A DNA stretch of 30,652 bases from a virus (IMGVR_UViG_3300045988_047713:1-30652); one strand, 5' to 3'. Shown: positions 1-8,922, counted from the first letter of the stretch. Notes: generated by a model not told the origin, from the sequence alone. A program made the numbers and translations.

Positions 1-399
1 ACCGTATTTATAATCCCATACGTAAAGCGTATCAGTATTAAAGTCATACCAGCGATAATCACAGGTTCCGTACTGACCGGGCAACAACCAGTCAATGTGA
101 ATGCGAACTTCTGAAAACAGCGGATCAAGTTTCGCACCAACTGAAAGAACATCTGCTATAAAGTCATCCGCGTAAATGTGCATGTCTTCAGTAACCTGAA
201 CACCGTTAGGAGCAAGACACGGCATTAATGGCGGTTTACCTTTAATCTTCTGTTCTAACACCCAGTGCCCGGCTGTACCTTCTTCAGCACTGGGTGACGA
301 TGGTTCTACATAGTCAATCCGCTGTGACAGTTGAACGCTACCCGGACAAGCTAACCAACGTTTTGATCCACTGGCACTAAAGGTAGCGTGACTTGTCAT
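1..399 (-). CDS. PD-(D/E)xK nuclease, Cas4/RecB-like (DUF2800-like); N-terminal 133 codons only, gene runs off the window start
   Basis: Minus-strand frame from ATG at 399-397 stays open to position 1; N-terminus MTSHATFSASGSKRWLACPGS...EEGTAGHW...GTCDYRWYD resembles phage Cas4-like exonucleases; ATGA overlap with upstream gene stop. Not in ORF track (truncated). Confidence 0.5.
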   Translation of the reverse strand, partial: MTSHATFSASGSKRWLACPGSVQLSQRIDYVEPSSPSAEEGTAGHWVLEQKIKGKPPLMPCLAPNGVQVTEDMHIYADDFIADVLSVGAKLDPLFSEVRIHIDWLLPGQYGTCDYRWYDFNTDTLYVWDYKYG

Positions 400-1169
400 C
401 AGAATGCCCCACCCATTTGTTTAACAGATTCAGCCTGACCAACAATGTTTTCAGCATCAGCCGGGGCCGCGTTAATGCGTTCAATCAGTTCGATGATAGA
501 TTTCAGTTTTACTGGGTCGTCAATCTGCATCACGTTCTGAGTTTCATACAGTCCCATGATTCGCTGACTTAATGGCGCAGCACGGTCACCCGTAATTTGT
601 CCAAACATCTGCATCAGTGCTGACTGAAGAACCTGTGTGTTATAAACTTTAGCCGGATCCGTGGTTACAGGTTGCTCGACAGGCGCGACTGGTGCAGCCG
701 GTGCTGCTGGTACAACTGGAGCTACCGGAGCGGCAGGAACCGCTGGAGCAGGATCAACAGGTGCTACATAACCTGGTGCAAGTTCTGCAGGTCCGGTATA
801 ACGCCCTGCTTCAACTGCTTCAGCGATAAGTTCACGTTTAACACCGTCAACAAACGCTTCATCCAGTCTTTTCTTTTGACGCCACAGACCATCACCTTTG
901 TTCAGGGATTTACTGTCAGTGTGGATACGCGGATCATGACGCAAACCCCATTTGTCGAACTCTTCAGTGCTGGTTTCATTATCATCAATATCTTCAGTTG
1001 GTGCAGATACAACAGGCAGTGATTCAGCAACGACAGTCACGGTTTCTTTAGTGATACCATCACCCTGAGCAGTCATGAGTGGTGCAGCACCAGTCGCAAT
1101 AGCATTTGCCAGATTGTTGATCGCAGTTTCCAGACCCGGAGCAGTTACAAGTAATTTAACTTCGAACAT
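399..1169 (-). CDS. hypothetical protein with Pro/Ala-rich central linker (PAAPVAPV repeats)
   Basis: 256-aa ORF; GAGGA RBS 7 nt upstream of ATG at 1169; preceded by two promoter copies; coupled to the downstream nuclease gene. Confidence 0.6.
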   Translation of the reverse strand: MFEVKLLVTAPGLETAINNLANAIATGAAPLMTAQGDGITKETVTVVAESLPVVSAPTEDIDDNETSTEEFDKWGLRHDPRIHTDSKSLNKGDGLWRQKKRLDEAFVDGVKRELIAEAVEAGRYTGPAELAPGYVAPVDPAPAVPAAPVAPVVPAAPAAPVAPVEQPVTTDPAKVYNTQVLQSALMQMFGQITGDRAAPLSQRIMGLYETQNVMQIDDPVKLKSIIELIERINAAPADAENIVGQAESVKQMGGAF

Positions 1170-1201
1170 TACGTTTTCCTCTTGTTGTTTGGTTGTCGCT
1201 A

Positions 1202-1244
1202 ACTTTAAAAGGTGTTGTGTAATCTGTCAAGAATTATTTTACAC
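1202..1244 (-). promoter_or_regulatory. conserved sigma70-type promoter, copy 1 (minus strand)
   Basis: -35 TTGACA (1230-1225), 17-bp spacer, -10 TAAAGT (1207-1202), AT-rich UP element TAAAATAATTC upstream of -35; about 30 nt upstream of the 1169 start. Confidence 0.55.
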
Positions 1245-1263
1245 TCGCCTTTCGTTGATGCAG

Positions 1264-1307
1264 ATGTTAGAGGAATAAGTTGCAATACGTCAAGAACTAT
1301 TTTAAAC
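1264..1307 (-). promoter_or_regulatory. conserved sigma70-type promoter, copy 2 (minus strand); possible divergent partner for the helicase gene
   Basis: -35 TTGACG (1293-1288), 18-bp spacer, -10 TAACAT (1269-1264). On the plus strand the same motif gives TTGCAA (1280-1285), 17 bp, TAAACT (1303-1308), about 30 nt upstream of ATG 1340. Confidence 0.45.
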
Positions 1308-1339
1308 TTTTTTCACGATTCGATATTACAGGGTAGAAA

Positions 1340-3001
1340 ATGAAAGCTCGTTATTATCAGACTGAAGCTATCAATAACGTATGTCAGGCATGGTCAAGCG
1401 GTGCTGACGACGTGATTCTTGTGCTTCCCACGGGGGCAGGAAAAACGTTCTGTATGTCTGAACTGGTAAAAACAAGAGACGGTGTAAAAGTCATCCAGGC
1501 ACACCGTAAAGAACTGGTTAGTCAAATCGCAATGGCTGTTGCTCGCCAGGGATTACCACACAGATTTATAGCGCAAAAAGATACTGTTAAGTTTGCAACT
1601 AATCAGCAGATGAAAACGCTTGGTTACAGTACCTATTCCCCCGGCGCTGACATCGTTATTACCAGTTCACAAACGTTAAGAACAAAACAGTACGAACGGT
1701 GGTACAACGATGTGTCTCTTGTATTCAGCGACGAAGCGCATCACCTGGTACGTGGCACACAGTGGGGAGACTGCCGGGAAAAATTCCCTAACGCTAAAGG
1801 TCTGGGTGTTACAGCTACACCGATCCGTGCTGACGGTAAAGGCCTGGGTCGTCATGCGTCAGGTTACGCAGATCAGATGATCATCGGTCCATCAATGCGT
1901 GAGTTAATCAGCCAACAACACCTGGCTGATTATCGCCTGATCATGGCTGAAACAGACCTGGAATTAACTGCAGAAATGATTTCCCATACTACGGGTGATT
2001 ACAAACCCTCTGCGTTAAAAAAAGCGATGGAAGATTCAAACATCGTTGGTGATACCGTCAGTACGTGGAAAACATATGCAGATGGTTTACTCACTGTTGT
2101 GTTTACGTGTGATGTGGATTCTGCTGAAGCACTGGCACAAGAATTTCGCGATGCGGGTATTCCAGCAGAGGCGATCAGCTCACGAAACAGCAATCAGGAA
2201 CGAGCGGATATCCTGGAACGTTTTGAACGACGTAAAACACTCGTGCTATGTAATAACGATTTATTCGGTGAAGGGTACGATTGCCCGGCAATGGAATGTG
2301 CTGTAATGGACCGTCCAACAGAATCTTACTCTTTGTTTGTACAACAGATGGGTCGTCCGTTGCGTTTCAAACCGGGTAAAAAAGCACTGATTATTGATAA
2401 AGTCGGTAATGTTCGTCGATTTCTGGCCCGTGGTTTTCCACTTCCCGATCAGCATTACAACTGGTCTTTAGACGACCGTGACCGTCGTTCATCAAACAGC
2501 AGTGGGAACAGTAACACAACATGTACAAACAAGGGTGATCCTGATAACGGTATTCCACCGTGTCTGAAGCCTTACCCATCTGGTCTACCGTGTTGCCCGT
2601 ATTGTGGTCATGTTCCTGAAAAAGCCGAACGCTCAGGCCCGGATCGTGTAGAAGGTAATTTGCGTGAACTGACACCTGAAGAACTGGAAGAATTACGCCG
2701 GGCAGTGGTAATAATCGACCGTGATCCTGTTGCGGTAAAAGAACAAATGTTGAACGCGGGTGCACCCCATGTTGCAGCTTACAGTGCAATGAAAAATATT
2801 CAGGCAATGAACGATGCACAGCGTAAGTTACGTAGCATGATTACCACATGGGCCGGTATTCAGCGTGACAAAGGTATACCCGTTGATGACGCTTACAAGA
2901 TGTTTTACAGGGTGTTTGGTGTTGATGTGCTCAGTGCTCAGGGATTACGTACTCGTGAAGCTAATGAACTCGCCGCAAGGGTTGCAAGTTCATTAATCTG
3001 A
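1340..3001 (+). CDS. superfamily-2 DNA helicase (DEAD/DEAH-type) with C-terminal Cys-rich zinc-ribbon-like segment
   Basis: 553 aa; N-terminal ARYYQ motif, Walker A LPTGAGKT, Walker B/DEAH-like FSDEAHH, Cys cluster CLKPYPSGLPCCPYCGH. Confidence 0.8.
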   Translation: MKARYYQTEAINNVCQAWSSGADDVILVLPTGAGKTFCMSELVKTRDGVKVIQAHRKELVSQIAMAVARQGLPHRFIAQKDTVKFATNQQMKTLGYSTYSPGADIVITSSQTLRTKQYERWYNDVSLVFSDEAHHLVRGTQWGDCREKFPNAKGLGVTATPIRADGKGLGRHASGYADQMIIGPSMRELISQQHLADYRLIMAETDLELTAEMISHTTGDYKPSALKKAMEDSNIVGDTVSTWKTYADGLLTVVFTCDVDSAEALAQEFRDAGIPAEAISSRNSNQERADILERFERRKTLVLCNNDLFGEGYDCPAMECAVMDRPTESYSLFVQQMGRPLRFKPGKKALIIDKVGNVRRFLARGFPLPDQHYNWSLDDRDRRSSNSSGNSNTTCTNKGDPDNGIPPCLKPYPSGLPCCPYCGHVPEKAERSGPDRVEGNLRELTPEELEELRRAVVIIDRDPVAVKEQMLNAGAPHVAAYSAMKNIQAMNDAQRKLRSMITTWAGIQRDKGIPVDDAYKMFYRVFGVDVLSAQGLRTREANELAARVASSLI

Positions 3002-3042
3002 TGGTAATCTGCATAGAAATATTTTAAACGTAAGGAACTGTA

Positions 3043-3549
3043 ATGCGTGATTTGATGGTTGACATTGAGACGTGTGGCACTAAACCAGGTTGTGCAGTGC
3101 TGTCAATTGGCGCTGTTTACTTTGATCGTCAGGGTAACATTGGTGAAACGTTTTACGCATCAATGGGTTTTAATGCGCTCGCTTACGGTCACACAGACCC
3201 TGACACTATGAAGTGGTGGTCGCAGCAGTCAGAACAAGCACAAAAAGATGCTTTTGGTGGTACTGCCGATCCTGTTCAGGTTGCTAAAGATTTTGCCAAA
3301 TTCATCTGGCACGATGCTAAACCGTGGGGCAATGGTTCCACATTCGATATCACTATTCTGGAAGCATGGTTTAATGCTGTTGGGGTTCGTTGCCCGTGGA
3401 AGTTCTGGAATGTTCGTGATGTTCGTACAGCTGTTGATTTGCTGGGTATTAACCCGAAAGAATTTACCCGTGACGGTACTTACCACAATGCGTTAGACGA
3501 CTGTTTACACCAAATTAAATATCTTACTAGTGGGACTAAAACATTATGA
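3043..3549 (+). CDS. DEDDh-family 3'-5' exonuclease (DnaQ/RNase T-like)
   Basis: 168 aa; Exo I motif MVDIETCG, Exo III motif YHNALDDC. Confidence 0.75.
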   Translation: MRDLMVDIETCGTKPGCAVLSIGAVYFDRQGNIGETFYASMGFNALAYGHTDPDTMKWWSQQSEQAQKDAFGGTADPVQVAKDFAKFIWHDAKPWGNGSTFDITILEAWFNAVGVRCPWKFWNVRDVRTAVDLLGINPKEFTRDGTYHNALDDCLHQIKYLTSGTKTL

Positions 3550-4037
3550 CAACGCTTGAACAATGGGCGATTCGTCACGGTATTAGTCAGATGGCGTTGT
3601 ACGAGTTATACGCGCTTTATCAGCCTGACGGAACACCACACGAAGACGGTGTAAGTGAAAGCGCCACCAGTAAAGAGTGTGAACTGATTGCGGCACGTGC
3701 CGGGCAACGTATCTGGCGTAATAACTCAGGTGCTCTGAAAAACGAAAAAGGAATGATGGTTCGTTATGGTCTTGGTAACACCAGTGCGAAAATCAACGCT
3801 GTTATGAAGTCAAGCGACTACATCGGCATTAAAACCAAAATCGTTACACCGGATATGATCGGTTCGAAAGTGGGTGTCTTTATTGCTGCCGAAATGAAAC
3901 GCCCTGGCTGGCACATGATCCCCAGTGATAAACGTGCACAAGCACAGGCCACTTTCGGTGCGATTGTTGAAAACGCAGGTGGTGAATTTCGTTTCATCAC
4001 TCACCCTTCACAATTTGAAAAATGGATTAAACAATGA
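3546..4037 (+). CDS. VRR-NUC-like nuclease (PD-(D/E)xK fold), tentative
   Basis: 163 aa; WRNNSGA ... SSDYIGI ... AAEMKRPG spacing matches the VRR-NUC D...E.K pattern; ATGA overlap with exonuclease gene. Confidence 0.5.
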   Translation: MTTLEQWAIRHGISQMALYELYALYQPDGTPHEDGVSESATSKECELIAARAGQRIWRNNSGALKNEKGMMVRYGLGNTSAKINAVMKSSDYIGIKTKIVTPDMIGSKVGVFIAAEMKRPGWHMIPSDKRAQAQATFGAIVENAGGEFRFITHPSQFEKWIKQ

Positions 4038-4207
4038 ATACTGAACGCATTGAACGTCTGCAAAAACTGATTGATAACCACGGTATTGAAGCTGTTGCCA
4101 AACGTCTGAACGTTACTGAAATTCATGTTAAACGTAATCTGCTTACCGGGCGATCTGCTATCAACCTGGTCAAACTGATGGCTGCTGAACGTCAGTTCGG
4201 AGCGTAA
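4034..4207 (+). CDS. small hypothetical protein (57 aa), possibly helix-turn-helix
   Basis: ATG overlapping the upstream TGA (ATGA); fills the gap between two genes; MNTERIERLQKLIDNHGIEAVAKRLNVTEIHVKR. Not in ORF track (<60 aa). Confidence 0.4.
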   Translation: MNTERIERLQKLIDNHGIEAVAKRLNVTEIHVKRNLLTGRSAINLVKLMAAERQFGA

Positions 4208-4210
4208 ATT

Positions 4211-6565
4211 ATGAAAGGGTTACTGAACCGTAAACAGTGGGTCATGTGGCGACTTGAGACAGTCGCCGATCGTCCAAAACCAACGAAAGTACCATACAGC
4301 CCGGTACACGGTTATAAAGCCAGTACCACTAACCCTAACGACTGGTCTGACTATCACACCGCGTTGGGTATGGCGCAAATGTACGGTATGTCTGGTGTTG
4401 GTTTCGTATTCACAGAAAACGACCCTTATTTCTTTATCGATGTTGATAACTGTCTGGTAGATCAGGCGACAGCTACGTGGTCACCTCTGGCGCATGAATT
4501 CGTAAACCGTTTCCCAAATGCTTACACTGAAGTAAGTCAGTCAGGAACAGGTTTACATATCATCTGTGCTTATACCAGCATACCGGAAGGTTTTAACAGT
4601 CTGAACGACCAGAAAACCGGGCTGGAAATGTACTGGCGTGATCGTTTCGTCGCGATGACGCTCACGGGTAATGGTGATGTTGATATTGATTATACCCAGG
4701 GTATTCATGATTCTATTGCCCGGTATGGTCGCATCCGTTCAGACCGTTCCGCACGCTGGACAACAGCACCCTGTGATGACTGGTCAGGCCCGGCAGACGA
4801 TGATGAACTGATTAAAATGGCGTTAAATTCGTCCAGTGCTGCTTCAGTATTTGGTAATAAAGCATCATTTGCGGATCTGTGGAATGCAAACGTTGAACGC
4901 CTGTCTGTGTCATATCCCAGCGACCAGGGAAAAGACTACAATGCATCTGCCGCTGATGCTGCCTTGTGCTCACACCTTGCGTTCTGGACCGGAAAAGATT
5001 GCGAACGTATTGAACGATTGTTTAACCGTTCCGGGCTGGTTCGTGGTAAATGGACAGATCGTCAGGATTACCGTGAAAACACAATTCTGGGCGCTGTGGA
5101 ACGTTGTGATACGGTTTATCGTAGTCAACCGACGCTGACACCAGAACTGATGAAAGCAGTCACACCAGCGCCTACCATCGTTCCTAATGGTGGAACACCT
5201 GCGTATATGAGTGTGAAACCCGGTGAAGGTGCATATGGTTCAAACCACACGGTTAACGCATCCACGTTCGTTAATAACTATTATCCGAACAACACATTAA
5301 TTTTCGTCCAGCAACAGCCGTACCGGTTTAATGGTCGTGTATGGGAACGTGTGAGTGAAGATGAACTGAAACATCAGATATCTATGGCAATGCTCGCCAG
5401 CGAACCAAAAGCTGACGTGATTAATGGTACGTACAAGGTATTGTCGTATTTATTCACACGGGCTGATCGTGAGCTTGGAACATGGCCCGGTGTTGATGTA
5501 TCACACTATATTGTTTGTCAGAACGGGATACTGGATGTACATACGGGTAAATGTGATGCACATAACCCGGATTTCTTTACGACCAGTATTTTACCATATA
5601 GCTATGATCCGTTTGCCCGTGCGCCAGCATTTGAACAGTTTCTTAATACAACTCTGGAAGGTGATCAGGAACGTATTGCACTGTTGCAAGAATGGCTTGG
5701 TTACATGCTTGTCAACTCGTATGACTATCAGAAAGCGATGCTGTTGATTGGTGCGCCACGTTCCGGTAAAGGTACGATCGGTCGTATTATTCAGGCACTG
5801 GTAGGTGACGAAGCATATGCAGGGATCACACTGGAGGGTTTAGCTAGTGATGCGGTACTTGAAACTGTGCTGGATAAATCTGTGCTGTTTATTGGTGATG
5901 CTCACAGTGTGTCCGGGCCTGATCGCAACCGAATTCTGGACCGTTTCAAATCTATTACAGGTTGTGATGCGATTCCGGTTAATCGTAAGTATAAAGGTGC
6001 ATGGAACGGTCGTTTACCGGGACGTATGACACTGGCTGCTAACAACATACCTGCATTTGCTGATGATTCAGGTGCAATGGCTAACCGTTTGCTGATCCTA
6101 CCATTCAACATTTCGTTCCTGGGTCGTGAAGATACCACTCTGGAAGCACGACTGATGAAAGAACTACCGGGGATCTGTAACTGGGCGATTGAAGGTTTGC
6201 AACGGTTACGTGCAAACGGACGGTTTACTGAACCAAAAGCAAGTCTGGAAGAACGTCAGGAAATTATGGATCAACAATCACCACTTAGAAGTTTTATCAG
6301 AGATTGTTGCGAATTGGTATCTGATGGTGAGGTGCACACTGAAGAACTATATGGTCGTTATCGTCTCTGGAAAACACAGGAAGGTGGTCCAGCAATGACT
6401 AAAACTGCATTTAGTCGGGCGTTTAAATCCACCCTTCGTGGTAAAGTGAAAAAAGACGTTGTTAATATAAATAACGTTCGACTAAACGGTTTCAGGGGTA
6501 TTCGTCTTCTCCCTTTTCAGTCAACAGCTAATGTAGTGCCTTTCCCACCTGCGAGTAACGGTTAG
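4211..6565 (+). CDS. DNA primase-helicase: PrimPol-type N-terminal domain fused to D5_N / P4-family SF3 helicase
   Basis: 784 aa; VHGYKASTTNPNDW...GVGFVF...FIDVDNC (bifunctional primase-polymerase motifs); Walker A LLIGAPRSGKGT; Walker B-like VLFIGDAHS. Confidence 0.8.
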   Translation: MKGLLNRKQWVMWRLETVADRPKPTKVPYSPVHGYKASTTNPNDWSDYHTALGMAQMYGMSGVGFVFTENDPYFFIDVDNCLVDQATATWSPLAHEFVNRFPNAYTEVSQSGTGLHIICAYTSIPEGFNSLNDQKTGLEMYWRDRFVAMTLTGNGDVDIDYTQGIHDSIARYGRIRSDRSARWTTAPCDDWSGPADDDELIKMALNSSSAASVFGNKASFADLWNANVERLSVSYPSDQGKDYNASAADAALCSHLAFWTGKDCERIERLFNRSGLVRGKWTDRQDYRENTILGAVERCDTVYRSQPTLTPELMKAVTPAPTIVPNGGTPAYMSVKPGEGAYGSNHTVNASTFVNNYYPNNTLIFVQQQPYRFNGRVWERVSEDELKHQISMAMLASEPKADVINGTYKVLSYLFTRADRELGTWPGVDVSHYIVCQNGILDVHTGKCDAHNPDFFTTSILPYSYDPFARAPAFEQFLNTTLEGDQERIALLQEWLGYMLVNSYDYQKAMLLIGAPRSGKGTIGRIIQALVGDEAYAGITLEGLASDAVLETVLDKSVLFIGDAHSVSGPDRNRILDRFKSITGCDAIPVNRKYKGAWNGRLPGRMTLAANNIPAFADDSGAMANRLLILPFNISFLGREDTTLEARLMKELPGICNWAIEGLQRLRANGRFTEPKASLEERQEIMDQQSPLRSFIRDCCELVSDGEVHTEELYGRYRLWKTQEGGPAMTKTAFSRAFKSTLRGKVKKDVVNINNVRLNGFRGIRLLPFQSTANVVPFPPASNG

Positions 6566-6581
6566 TCATTGCACAAGGATG

Positions 6582-6624
6582 TGTAAAATAATTCTTGACG
6601 AATTACAGATGTGTGCGCTATAGT
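6582..6624 (+). promoter_or_regulatory. conserved sigma70-type promoter, copy 3 (plus strand)
   Basis: UP element GTGTAAAATAATTC, -35 TTGACG (6595-6600), 18-bp spacer, -10 TATAGT (6619-6624); drives the operon 6656-8887. Confidence 0.6.
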
Positions 6625-6655
6625 CTGTACATCAAGTGAACAAGGAGTGATTGTT

Positions 6656-6853
6656 ATGAAAAACATATTTGACCGTTTAATTACTGTTATCGTATTTCTT
6701 GTGTCCGTAACGCTCGCGTCTTGTATTGTCGGACTAATGACCCGTGGTAATCATGCGGAAACTCCGTGGTGGTTTCTGGCAGGTATTGGGTTATTAGCGG
6801 CTGCTGCATCAATTGGCGCTTGCATGTGGGGAGTGAAAAACGATCATGACTGA
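6656..6853 (+). CDS. small membrane protein (65 aa, two predicted TM helices)
   Basis: AAGGAG RBS 8 nt upstream of ATG 6656; hydrophobic stretches LITVIVFLVSVTLASCIVGL and WWFLAGIGLLAAAASIGA. The track start at 6611 lies inside the promoter -10, so the internal ATG is preferred. Confidence 0.6.
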   Translation: MKNIFDRLITVIVFLVSVTLASCIVGLMTRGNHAETPWWFLAGIGLLAAAASIGACMWGVKNDHD

Positions 6854-7061
6854 GTTCGGTGCTGTAATCAAAAAAGAAGACCGTTATGCACATATTGATA
6901 CCCGAATTACCTGGGTTGATATCAGTGAAGCTACCCTGTTCAGTTCAACTTACATGGCTGGAGTTGCACTTAAAGCACTTCACGATCAGGGTTTCAATTG
7001 CAGAAAAATAACAATTGCGCCTGTTAAAATCACGCGGATCGTCGAGGAGACAGAAGGATGA
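6846..7061 (+). CDS. hypothetical protein (71 aa)
   Basis: ORF overlapping the upstream stop; same operon. Confidence 0.5.
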   Translation: MTEFGAVIKKEDRYAHIDTRITWVDISEATLFSSTYMAGVALKALHDQGFNCRKITIAPVKITRIVEETEG

Positions 7062-7762
7062 AAATTGTCTGGTCATTATTCGACGGTTCAGGGATTATGG
7101 GCTTACCGTGGGCTGAGGCTGGTTATCATGTTTATTGTTTTAATGCTGATGGTGCAGATCATGGACCATATGATAAATTTCATGCGAGATACATCCACGA
7201 GGGGCTTCATTATATAAATACATGGATAGATGTTAATTTTATGAATGCTGCGGTTGCGGGTATTTATGGGAAGCCGGATATTATATTTGCATTCCCCCCA
7301 TGTACAGACATGGCTGTAAGTGGTGCATCAGCGTTTGAATCTAAAAGGAAAAAAGATCCGTTATTTCAAGAAAAAGCAGCATTTACGGCAATGATTGCAA
7401 GTAGAATCGCTGACCATTTCAATATTCCGTATTTTGTTGAAAACCCGGTCAGTGTTCTTTCTACTTTTTGGCGAAAACCTGATTATATATTTAACCCGTG
7501 GGAATATGGTGGTTATCTACCTGAAAATGACATTCATCCTTTCTTTCCTGAGCATATTAACCCACGAGATGCTTACCCTAAGAAAACATGTTTATGGACA
7601 GGTAACGGTTTTATTATGCCAGAAAAGAAAATTGTCCCGGTTAAAAAAGGTTATTCAAACCAACATCTTAAATTAGGCGGAAAATCTACTAAAACAAAAG
7701 TCATCAGGTCATTAACCCCGCGTGGTTTTGCTCGCGCTGTATTTGAGGCTAACAAACAATGA
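7058..7762 (+). CDS. minimal DNA (cytosine-5)-methyltransferase-like protein, no recognisable target-recognition domain
   Basis: 234 aa; motif I LFDGSG (aa 7-12), motif IV FPPCTD (PC catalytic dipeptide, aa about 79-84), motif VI FVENP (aa about 126-130), C-terminal LTPRGFARAVF resembling motif IX; spacing of I/IV/VI matches classical C5-MTases but the protein ends at 234 aa. Confidence 0.6.
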   Translation: MKIVWSLFDGSGIMGLPWAEAGYHVYCFNADGADHGPYDKFHARYIHEGLHYINTWIDVNFMNAAVAGIYGKPDIIFAFPPCTDMAVSGASAFESKRKKDPLFQEKAAFTAMIASRIADHFNIPYFVENPVSVLSTFWRKPDYIFNPWEYGGYLPENDIHPFFPEHINPRDAYPKKTCLWTGNGFIMPEKKIVPVKKGYSNQHLKLGGKSTKTKVIRSLTPRGFARAVFEANKQ

Positions 7763-8031
7763 TAATCGTCGTCACAGGTGGTCGTGACTTCAACGACAGA
7801 ACAGCAGTGTTTTCAGCATTAGGGTTACTTCACAAACAATTCCCGGTTACCGAACTGATTGAAGGTGGTGCGTCAGGTGTTGATAACCTGTGTAAGCAAT
7901 GGGCGCAATTACACGGTATTCCTGTGCGTAGTTGCCCGGCAGCGTGGGACGATCTGACTGTACCTGGTGCGGTTGTAAAACAGGGTAAGCACGGGACATT
8001 GACCATTTATCACGGGCTGAACCTGTGGTGA
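7759..8031 (+). CDS. SLOG-superfamily (DUF2493/DprA-LOG-like) protein, apparently short or truncated
   Basis: 90 aa; MIIVVTGGRDFND...LIEGGASGVDNLCKQWAQLHGIPV matches the DUF2493 N-terminal Rossmann core; ATGA overlap with the MTase-like gene. Confidence 0.55.
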   Translation: MIIVVTGGRDFNDRTAVFSALGLLHKQFPVTELIEGGASGVDNLCKQWAQLHGIPVRSCPAAWDDLTVPGAVVKQGKHGTLTIYHGLNLW

Positions 8032-8279
8032 AAACTATAAAACTGTGTGATCTGCTGGATAACACATCTTCAATTGTCCGACACGATCCGAAGTTTGCTG
8101 TAACTTACCTGGCTGAAAAACAACTCATGCTTGCTCACCTGTCAGACGCCAGTAATCAGGAATTATACGCGCTTGTTGAGCGTGAATTGTTTAAAGCCAA
8201 ATACAAACTAACGAACGTCCAGTTGACAGCGTTTGACAAACACTACGACGCACTGATTAAAGCGATGGGGGAGTTGTGA
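8025..8279 (+). CDS. hypothetical protein (84 aa), GTG start overlapping the upstream stop
   Basis: ORF track frame; GTGGTGA start/stop overlap; no recognisable motifs. Confidence 0.4.
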   Translation: MVKTIKLCDLLDNTSSIVRHDPKFAVTYLAEKQLMLAHLSDASNQELYALVERELFKAKYKLTNVQLTAFDKHYDALIKAMGEL

Positions 8280-8281
8280 TT

Positions 8282-8536
8282 ATGAATAAAGCGTCGCCTG
8301 TAGAAATACGCAAGTGTCTTGAAATGGCAAACAGTCTTGCACATGCCGGGATTAGATTTGTCCCTGTACCGGTAACCAGTGATGATGAATTTAATTCGCT
8401 GGTTTCTCATTCTTACGGGATACTGGACAAAATAGCAGACGATTGTGATACGACTAACCGCCAGTTCGAAAGCCTCAGCAACCACAAACATCACTTCATC
8501 AACGGCACTTGCGTAGAGTGCCTGAAAAGTGAATAA
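8282..8536 (+). CDS. hypothetical protein with C-terminal CxxC (GTCVEC)
   Basis: ATG at 8282, 3 nt after the upstream stop; the track start at 8276 is a GTG two codons upstream. Confidence 0.5.
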   Translation: MNKASPVEIRKCLEMANSLAHAGIRFVPVPVTSDDEFNSLVSHSYGILDKIADDCDTTNRQFESLSNHKHHFINGTCVECLKSE

Positions 8537-8599
8537 CTACCTGTTCATACTATTCATCAGTGCGCTCTATGTGGCGCACGTTTTCTATGAGGTGTACCG

Positions 8600-8887
8600 A
8601 TGACCATAAGACGTGTTGTGTGTGCGGCAAATAAATATGAACTTAACGATGGTTCAACTAAGATTTTCACTGGTATCCGACACTATTGTCCCGTTATGCG
8701 TCAGAATATAGAGTTCTGGAAATTATCCATCAAACGTTCTACAGAAGTACAAGGCTTTGTAGATCAGTATGGTGTTTTCATGGACCGTTTTGAAGCACTT
8801 CAGGTTGCAAAAGATGCCGGGCAACTGAATATCGCCAGACCAAAAACATCACCTGAAGATCGGTTATTTAGCGAGGACTTATACTAA
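8600..8887 (+). CDS. hypothetical protein (95 aa)
   Basis: GAGGTG RBS 7 nt upstream of the ATG; last gene before a strong terminator. Confidence 0.55.
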   Translation: MTIRRVVCAANKYELNDGSTKIFTGIRHYCPVMRQNIEFWKLSIKRSTEVQGFVDQYGVFMDRFEALQVAKDAGQLNIARPKTSPEDRLFSEDLY

Positions 8888-8893
8888 CAAAAA

Positions 8894-8922
8894 AGCGGGG
8901 CTAACTACCCCGCTATCTTTAT
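8894..8922. terminator. bidirectional rho-independent terminator
   Basis: Hairpin AGCGGGG-CTAACTA-CCCCGCT (8894-8914), A-run upstream and T-rich run downstream, so it works on both strands; lies between convergent genes. Confidence 0.75.

Noticed and set aside
672-1278. Plus-strand ORFs 672-1022 and 1075-1278 from the six-frame track
   Set aside because: They lie antisense within or across the better-supported minus-strand gene 399-1169 and its promoter region; no RBS, and Cys/Arg-rich composition typical of wrong-frame translation.
3855-3870. tRNA-like T-loop sequence GGTTCGAAA
   Set aside because: It lies inside the VRR-NUC-like CDS with no surrounding cloverleaf complementarity; no convincing tRNA in any intergenic region.
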